Shown here: positions 55,158 to 64,000 of the stretch, one piece after another
Layout: each line of letters begins with the position of its first letter
How positions within the stretch are numbered: the first letter of the stretch is position 1
From: Eledone cirrhosa
Taxonomy: Eukaryota
Assembly (NCBI GenBank): GCA_964016885.1
Contig: OZ024766.1
Coordinates: 14,012,001-14,076,000 of the forward strand
Reading direction: 5' to 3'
Length of the DNA: 64,000 nt
Translations under genes and position numbers: made by a program
The notes under the pieces: model-generated
Databases searched by the model: none
Seen by the model: only the letters and a program-made list of their open reading frames with translations
What the model was told of the DNA's origin: nothing

Positions 55158-57959
55158 ACGAAGGAAATGTGGTAAGGAACCAGGTGGACCATAACGCACC
55201 AAAGTACTCAATACTTGAGGTGGTAGAGTGGGTAATAGGAACCTTATTATATATTTATATATATATATATATAAATAATATATTAATAAATGGAAACTAT
55301 ATTTATAAAACCATATTTATTTTATTATACATATTTCAAGGGCAACCAAGGCAAACTGTTGAGTGCTTTATATCAGTTATAAAAATGTTTAAGCTTATTG
55401 AATCCCAACAAATTAAATATAACCTCTGCATATATATATATTTATATATATATATATAAATTTATATAATACAACATTAGAATTACTACTACATTTTACT
55501 TTCTATCTCTGTCTCTCACATCTCTTTCTCTCCCTCTATCTCCCTCTCTCGATATCCCTCTCTTTCTCTCACCCCCCTCTCTCTCTCTATCTCTCTCTAT
55601 CTCTCCTCCTGTCTCTCCCATACACTTACCTAAGGTCATGTAATTTAACTGGGTGTGACTTTCTCAAAAGTTAATACAAAGACTTGCTTTCAACTGACAG
55701 AAACATAGCTACAATGTTGCACACTCATATCATGTGTCTGTATGGCTGACTGCCTGAACTTCATACAGAAATAAAAAACCCCACACAACCAACATTCTGG
55801 GGTTGATAAAATATAATTGTTTCTAATTATATTGACTAATTATATTTACGAATAATATTGACTAATAATATTGACTAATTATATTGACTAATTATATTTA
55901 CTAATAATATTGACTAATAATATTGACTAATTATATTGACTAATTATATTTACTAATAATATTGACTAATAATATTGACTAATTATATTTACTAATAATA
56001 TTGACTAATAATATTGACTTATTATATTGACTAATTATATTGACTAATTATATTGACTAATTATATTGACTAATTATATTTACTAATAATATTGACTAAT
56101 TATATTTACTAATAATATTGACTAATAATATTGACTAATTATATTGACTAATTATATTGACTAATTATATTGACTAATTATATTGACTAATTATATTTAC
56201 TAATAATATTGACTAATTATATTTACTAATAATATTGACTAATTATATTGACTAATTATATTGACTAATTATATTGACTAATTATATTTACTAATAATAT
56301 TGACTAATAATATTGACTAATTATATTGACTAATTATATTTACTAATTATATTGACTAATTATATTGACTAATTATATTGACTAATTATATTGACTAATT
56401 ATATTGACTAATTATATTTACTAATAATAGTAACTAATTATATGAACTAATAATTATTTCTACATTAGCCACAAGGCCAGCAATTACCCAGTACATTACT
56501 GGTACTTTATTTTATCGACCCCGTAAGGATGAAAGGCAAAGTTAACCTCATTAACTAATTATATTGACTAATAATATTAACTAATTATATTGACTAATTA
56601 TATTAACTAATAATATTAACTAATATTATCACCTAATAATATTAACTAATAACATTCACTAATTATATTAACTAATAATATTAACTAATATTATCAACTA
56701 ATAATATTCATTAATAATTTAAATAATTTTTACATTAGGCACAAGGCCAGCAATTACCCCAGTGTATTACTGGTACTTTATTTTATCAACCCCGTAAGGA
56801 TGAAGGGCAAAGTTAACCTCGGCGGGATTTGAATTAGTTAATATTATTCGGTGGATTGGCAGTATCGGTGGAGCGTCGGACGCCATGCTTTGATGCATAG
56901 AGTTACGGCCCTTAGTCAATATAATTAGTAAATATTATTAGTTAATATTATTAGTTAATATAATTAGTTAATATTATTAGTTAATATAATTAGTTAATAT
57001 TATTAGTTAATATTATTAGTTAATATAATTAGTTAATATTATTAGTTAATATTATTAGTTAATATAATTAGTTAATATTATTAGTTAATATAATTAGTTA
57101 ATATTATTAGTTAATATTATTAGTTAATATAATTAGTTAATATTATTAGTTAATATTATTAGTTAATATTATTAGTCAATATAATTAGTTAATATTATTA
57201 ATTAATATAATTAGTTAATATTATTAGTCAATAATAACATTAATGGCAGTGGATTGGCAGTATCAGTGGAGGGTGGGACGCCATGCTTTGATGCATAGAG
57301 TTACGGCCCTTGCCATTCTGAGTTCAAATCCCACCGAGGTTAACTTTGCCTTTCATCCTTACGGGGTCGATAAAATAAAGTAGCAGTAATTCACTGGGGT
57401 AATTGCTGGCCTTGTGCCTAACGTAGAAACAATTATTAACTAATATTTCTAACTAATAATATTGATTGTTGACTAGAAATTTAGAGATTATTTTAATGGT
57501 TTCTGATTTAGATGCAAGGCCAACACATTTGGGGAAGGGGTGTTGATTGACCCCAGTGTGTTACTGGTACTTTATTTTATCAACCCAGTAAGGATGAAGG
57601 GCAAAGCTTACCTTGATGGGATTTGAACTCAGAACGTAAAGGGCCGTAACTGGGTTCAAATCCTACTGAAGTTATAGCTCTGGCTTTCATCCTAACAGGG
57701 TTGATAAAGTAAAGTACCAGTAACGTACTGGGGTTGATAAAGTAAAGTACCAGTAACGTACTGGGGTTGATAAAGTAAAGTACCAGTAACGTACTGGGGT
57801 TGATAAAGTAAAGTACCAGTAACGAACTGGGGTTGATAAAGTAAACTACCAGTAATGTACTGGGGTTAATAAAATAAAGTACCAGTAATGTACTGGGGTT
57901 GATAAAATAAAGTACCTGGACTGGTGAGAGATAAAAGCTGAGATATGAAAATAACTAAC

Positions 57960-58097
57960 CGTTCTGACAACTGTTTCTTTCATAACCTGGAGCACATCTA
58001 CCCCTTGAACAGATCCCTAATTCCACATTACACCTGTTGTTATCTTCACAATGACACACCTGATCACAGTTGGCACCAAGTCTTCCACTACTGCACA
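57960..58097 (-). CDS. EGF-like exon, copy 12 (G>R and K>N variant)
   Basis: Changes at 57978 and 57961; the second is the -2 position of the donor (AAG|GT > ACG|GT). Confidence 0.84.
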
Positions 58098-59592
58098 CTG
58101 TAACAGGAAAACATTGGTGTAGATCAGGGATTGCCAACTTCTTTGCCTCCACGGGCCGGACGAACGCCATAAAAGAATAATTATGGAAAATTACACAAGC
58201 TAAAATTTTTATCTCGAGTGTCGACTATACTATTCATTTCTCAAATCTTGAATTATATTCACAAATACCTCTGAATCCTGTGATTTCCCTCCTTGAAATG
58301 ATGGAAAATGCACATAATTTTTATTTCAAAGTTGATGTTCCCACAACTGTAGCTTTTTTTCAAAGGCAACAATATGGTTATACATTTCATTTACGAGCTG
58401 AGTTTTACCTTGAAGTTGTAAATTTAAGTTATTTAACCCTTTAGCACTTACATTACTCTATATTTACTATTGTAATGTCACAGTAAACACTTTATCTTAT
58501 ATAGTTATCTCACATAATATTGAATCTATGAGATTTTGATAATATTTATTTTGAGAAGAATACCTTAACGTCAGTATGAGTGGCTAGTTACAGCCGGTTT
58601 GAACAGAAAAAAGTGAGAGATTTCTGGCCGGATATGGCCGGTTTAAATGCTAAAGGGTTAAACGAGTCACAATATCCTCAATAAATACCAAAGTTGTAAC
58701 AGCAGGCCTTTTATTGTATTCGAAAGGAATAATACGTATTATTCTTTTATAATCTTTTATAATCTCTATAATTGTATTATTCTTTATCGAAAGGTTGTGA
58801 GTTCAATTCTCAGACCGGGTAATGTGTTGTTTCCTTGAGCAAGACACTTTATTTCAAATTGCTCCAGTTTACTCAGCTGTAGAAATGAGATGATAGGGAC
58901 TGGAGTCCCTATCATTCCACTGTAAAGTGGTCGTAGAGGTGCCACGGCAAAAAATCACCCAGCACTCACTGTAAATGAGGTTGGTTTTAGGAAGGGCATC
59001 AAGCTGTAGAAATCAAGCCAGAATCAGTTCCTGTCCCACTCTTGCAAGCAGGGAAAAGGGGACGTAAAATGAAATGATTTCATAATTCAGGGGTTGATAA
59101 AATATAGTACCAGTGATATCCTGGAGTAGATTTAATAGAATAGCTTAACACACACTCACATATATATATATATCTACTAACCAAAGTATCGCGTGATCTG
59201 GTGCGTTATGGTCCACCTCGTTCCTTACCATACTTCCTACAACACACACACACATATATAGATATATACTTATAAATATATACAGAATAAGGAGCAGGTA
59301 TTACAATAACCTGGGGTTCAAGGGCCCTCACCTCTTCAACAAGCTGCCAAGGAATTTGAGAGATCTGCATGGTGTGGACGTGGATGTTTTCAAGGAACAT
59401 CTCGACACCCTGTTACCAGGATCCTGGATGAGCCCACAGCATGGTTCGAAGGTAACCTAAGGGCAGCAACAACGAACCCCCTCTTTGCCGAATGGCCAAC
59501 CAACACAGGTTGGAGAAAGAATGTGTAACAAGGGCATGCCCCAGCATGGCCTCAACTGGATCGCTGGAACACGTTAAAAGAGTAAAAGAGAA

Positions 59593-59623
<31 letters not shown>

Positions 59624-59922
59624 TTATATTTATATTTCTGGCTATTTCTGGCTGTCGATGGTCCTATTCAGGCCACTGGGATGACGTTGTTCAACGAGTG
59701 TATTTTAAAAAAAATGCAACAAGTGGTTCAAATCATTCGCAGGTTTGCATTTGCTGTGTAAACGCAGATGGTTATTTTTCTTCTCATTTGGTGAACATCC
59801 AAAAATTTAACTGCTGTGATTTACGGATTAATAGGTGAAATATATTTCTTACTTAAAGAGCCAGGAACCCAACAGCTGAGCTCTGGCCAGAGATCAGCAG
59901 TTGGGGTCCTGACTCTTTTCCT

Positions 59923-60007
<85 letters not shown>

Positions 60008-60098
60008 TATAACAAAGGAAATGTGGTAAGGAACCAGGTGGACCATAACGCACCAAAGTACTCAATACTTGAGGTAGTAGAGTGGGTAATAGGAACCT

Positions 60099-60134
<36 letters not shown>

Positions 60135-62806
60135 TATATTAATAAATGGAAACTATATTTATAAAACCATATTTATTTTATTATACATATTTCAAGGGCA
60201 ACCAAGGCAATCTGTTGAGTGCTTTATATCAGTTATAAAAATGTTTAAGCTTATTGAATCCCAACAAATTAAATATAACCTCTGCATATATATATATTTA
60301 TATATATATATATAAATATATATAATACAACATTAGAATTACTACTACATTTTACTTTCTATCTCTGTCTCTCACATCTCTTTCTCTCCCTCTATCTCCC
60401 TCTCTCGATATCCCTCTCTTTCTCTCACCCCCCCTCTCTCTCTCTATCTCTCTCTATCTCTCCTCCTGTCTCTCCCATACACTTACCTAAGGTCATGTAA
60501 TTTAACTGGGTGTGACTTTCTCTAAAAGTTAATACAAAGACTTGCTTTCAACTGACAGAAACATAGCTACGATGTTGCACACTCATATCATGTGTCTGTA
60601 TGGCTGACTGCCTGAACTTCATACAGAAATAAAAAACCCACACAACCAACATTCTGGGGTTGATAAAATATAATTGTTTCTAATTATATTGACTAATTAT
60701 ATTTACTAATAATATTGAGTAATAATATTGACTAATTATATTTACTAATAATATTGACTAATTATATTTACTAATAATATTGACTAATTATATTTACTAA
60801 TAATATTGACTAATTATATTGACTAATTATATTGACTAATTATATTTACTAATAATAGTAACTAATTATATGAACTAATAATTGTTTCTACGTTAGGCAC
60901 AAGGCCAGCAATAACCCAGTACATTACTGGTACTTTATTTTATCGACCCCGTAAGGATGAAAGGCAAACTTAACCTCATTAACTAATTATATTGACTAAT
61001 TATATTAACTAATAATATTAACTAATATTATCACCTAATAATATTAACTAATAACATTCACTAATTATATTAACTAATAATATTAACTAATATTATCAAC
61101 TAATAATATTCACTAATAATATTCACTAATATTATCAACTAATAACATTCACTAATTATATTGACTAATAATATTAACTAATAATATTCACTAATAATAT
61201 TCACTAATAATTTAAATAATTTTTACATTAGGCACAAGGCCAGCAATTTTCCCAGTGTATTACTGGTACTTTATTTTATCAACCCCGTAAGGATGAAAGG
61301 CAAAGTTAACCTCGGCGGGATTTCAATTAGTTAATATTATTCGGTGGATTGGCAGTATCGGTGGAGCGTCGGACGCCATGCTTTGATGCATAGAGTTATA
61401 TAATTAGTAAATATTATTAGTTAATATTATTAGTTAATATTATTAGTTAATATAATTAGTTAATATTATTAGTTAATATTATTAGTTAATATTATTAGTT
61501 AATATAATTAGTTAATATAATTAGTTAATATTATTAGTTAATATTATTAGTTAATATTATTAGTTAATATAATTAGCTAATATTATTAGTTAATATTATT
61601 AGTTAATATAATTAGTTAATATTATTAGTTAATATTATTAGTTAATATTATTAGTTAATATAATTAGTTAATATTATTAGTTAATATTATTAGTTAATAT
61701 TATTAGTTAATATTATTAGTTAATATAATTAGTTAATATTATTACTTAATATTATTAGTCAATATAATTAGTTAATATTATTAGTTAATATTATTAGTTA
61801 ATATTATTAGTCAATAATAATATTAATGGCAGTGGATTGGCAGTATCAGTGGAGGGTCGGACGCCATGCTTTGATGCATAGAGTTACGGCCCTTGCCATT
61901 CTGAGTTCAAATCCCACCGAGGTTAACTTTGCCTTTCATCCTTACGGAGTCGATAAAATAAAGTAGCAGTAATTCACTGGGGTAATTGCTGGCCTTGTGC
62001 CTAACGTAGAAACAATTATTAACTAATATTACTAACTAATAATATTGATTGTTGACTAGAAATTTAGAGATTATTTTAATGGTTTCTGATTTAGATGCAA
62101 GGCCAACACATTTGGGGAAGGGGTGTTGATTGACCCCAGTGTGTTACTGGTACTTTATTTTATCAACCCAGTAAGGATGAAGGGCAAAGCTTACCTTGAT
62201 GGGATTTGAACTCAGAACGTAAAGGGCCGTAACTGGGTTCAAATCCTACTCAAGTTATAGCTCTGGCTTTCATCCTAACAGGGTTGATAAAGTAAAGTAC
62301 CAGTAACGTACTGGGGTTGATAAAGTAAAGTACCAGTAACGTACTGGGGTTGATAAAGTAAAGTACCAGTAATGTACTGGGGTTGATAAAATAAAGTACC
62401 AGTAACGTACTGGGGTTGATAAAGTAAAGTACCAGTAATATACTGGGGTTGATAAAGTAAAGTACCAGTAACGTACTGGGGTTGATAAAATAAAGTACCA
62501 GTAACGTACTGGAGTTGATAAAGTAAAGTACCAGTAATGTACGGGGGTTGATAAAGTAAAGTACCAGTAACGTACTGGGGTTGATAAAGTAAAGTACCAG
62601 TAATGTACTGGGGTTGATAAAGTAAAGTACCGGTAATGTACTGGGGTTGATAAAGTAAAGTACCAGTAACGTACTGGGGTTGATAAAATAAAGTACCAGT
62701 AACGTACTGGGGTTGATAAAGTAAACTACCAGTAATGTACTGGGGTTGATAAAATAAAGTACCTTGACTGGTGAGAGATAAAAGCTGAGATATGAAAATA
62801 ACTAAC

Positions 62807-62944
62807 CTTTCTCACAACTGTTTCCTTCATAACCTGGAGCACATCTACCCCTTGAACAGATCCCTAATTCCACATTACACCTGTTGTTATCTTCACAATG
62901 ACACACCTGATCACAGTTGGCACCAAGTCTTCCACTACTGCACA
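62807..62944 (-). CDS. EGF-like exon, copy 13 (Q>E variant)
   Basis: Change at 62813, same as copies 2 and 10. Confidence 0.88.
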
Positions 62945-64000
62945 CTGTAACAGGAAAACATTGGTGTAGATCAGGGATTGGCAACTTCTTTGCCTCCACG
63001 GGCCGGACGAACGCCATAAAAGAATAATTATGGAAAATTACACAAGCTAAAATTTTTATCTCGAGTGTCGACTATACTATTCATTTCTCAAATCTTGAAT
63101 TATATTCACAAATACCCCTGAATCCTGTGATTTCCCTCCTAGAAATGATGGAAAATGCACATAATTTTTATTTCAAAGTTGATGTTCCCACAACTGTAGC
63201 TTTTTTTCAAAGGCAACAATATGGTTATACATTTCATTTACGAGCTGAGTTTTACCTTGAAGTTGTAAATTTAAGTTATTTAACCCTTTAGCACTTACAT
63301 TATTCTATATTTACTATTGTAGTTTCACAGTAAACACTTTATCTTATATAGTTATCTCACATAATATTGAATCTATGAGATTTTGATATTATTTATTTTG
63401 AGAAGAATACCTTAACGTCAGTATGAGTGGCTAGTTACAGCCGGTTTGAACAGAAAAAAGTGAGAGATTTCTGGCCGGATATGGCCGGTTTAAATGCTAA
63501 AGGGTTAAACGAGTCACAATATCCTCAATAAATACCAAAGTTGTAACAGCAGGCCTTTTATTGTATTCGAAAGGAATAATACGTATTATTCTTTTAAAAT
63601 CTTTTATAATCTCTATAATTGTATTATTCTTTATCGAAAGGTTGTGAGTTCAATTCTCCGACCGGGTAATGTGTTGTTTCCTTGAGCAAACACTTTATTT
63701 CAAATTGCTCCAGTTTACTCAGCTGTAGAAATGAGATGATAGGGACTGGGGTCCCTATCATTCCACTGTAAAGTGGTCGTAGAGGTGCCACGGCAAAAAA
63801 TCACCCAGCACTCACTGTAAATGAGGTTGGTTTTAGGAAGGGCATCAAGCTGTAGAAATCAAGCCAGAATCAGTTCCTGTCCCACTCTTGCAAGCAGGGA
63901 AAAGGGGACGTAAAATGAAATGATTTCATAATTCAGGGGTTGATAAAATATAGTACCAGTGATATCCTGGAGTAGATTTAATAGAATAGCTTAACACACA

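Larger units (their letters stand above)
1..64000. repeat. Tandem array of 13 exon-containing units (period 3975-5807 bp), open at both window ends
   Basis: The same ordered module set recurs throughout. Exon-to-exon spacings are 4720, 4497, 5202, 4916, 5462, 5807, 3975, 5431, 4761, 4591, 5144 and 4847 bp. Length differences come from minisatellite copy number and discrete indels. Confidence 0.98.

Noticed and set aside
3454-62944. Assigning a gene symbol (MEGF10, MEGF6, SCARF, Tie or a receptor PTP)
   Set aside because: This repeat type is shared by many invertebrate receptors and no diagnostic domain is present in the window.
1-64000. The whole array being an assembly artefact, rDNA or a histone cluster
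   Set aside because: Units differ by many shared SNVs, indels and array lengths, which is unlike collapsed or duplicated reads, although the exact copy number still needs read support. There is no rRNA or histone sequence.

Overview
AT-rich eukaryotic genomic DNA, most likely from an octopus or other cephalopod (inferred from the SINE and LINE types, which I recognise from recall rather than a search). The whole window is one tandem array of 13 near-identical units of 4.0-5.8 kb, and it runs off both ends. Each unit carries one intact 138-bp, phase 1-1 exon on the minus strand. The exon encodes a 46-aa, 8-Cys EGF-like module of the MEGF10/Draper/SCARF type, and has a branch-point-like motif, a polypyrimidine tract, an AG acceptor and a GT donor. 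The window therefore looks like the interior of one large gene whose EGF ectodomain has been amplified by whole exon+intron duplication. The introns contain a SINE-derived 33-bp minisatellite, a 13-bp minisatellite in both orientations, two SINE families, a TTAA/piggyBac-type MITE, a LINE 3' end and a 76-bp palindrome. In 7 of the 12 scorable units there is also a ~305-bp cassette within (TA)n that holds a type I minimal hammerhead ribozyme motif on the + strand, overlapped by a perfect 57-bp inverted repeat. Most long ORFs in the supplied track are minisatellite or microsatellite artefacts.
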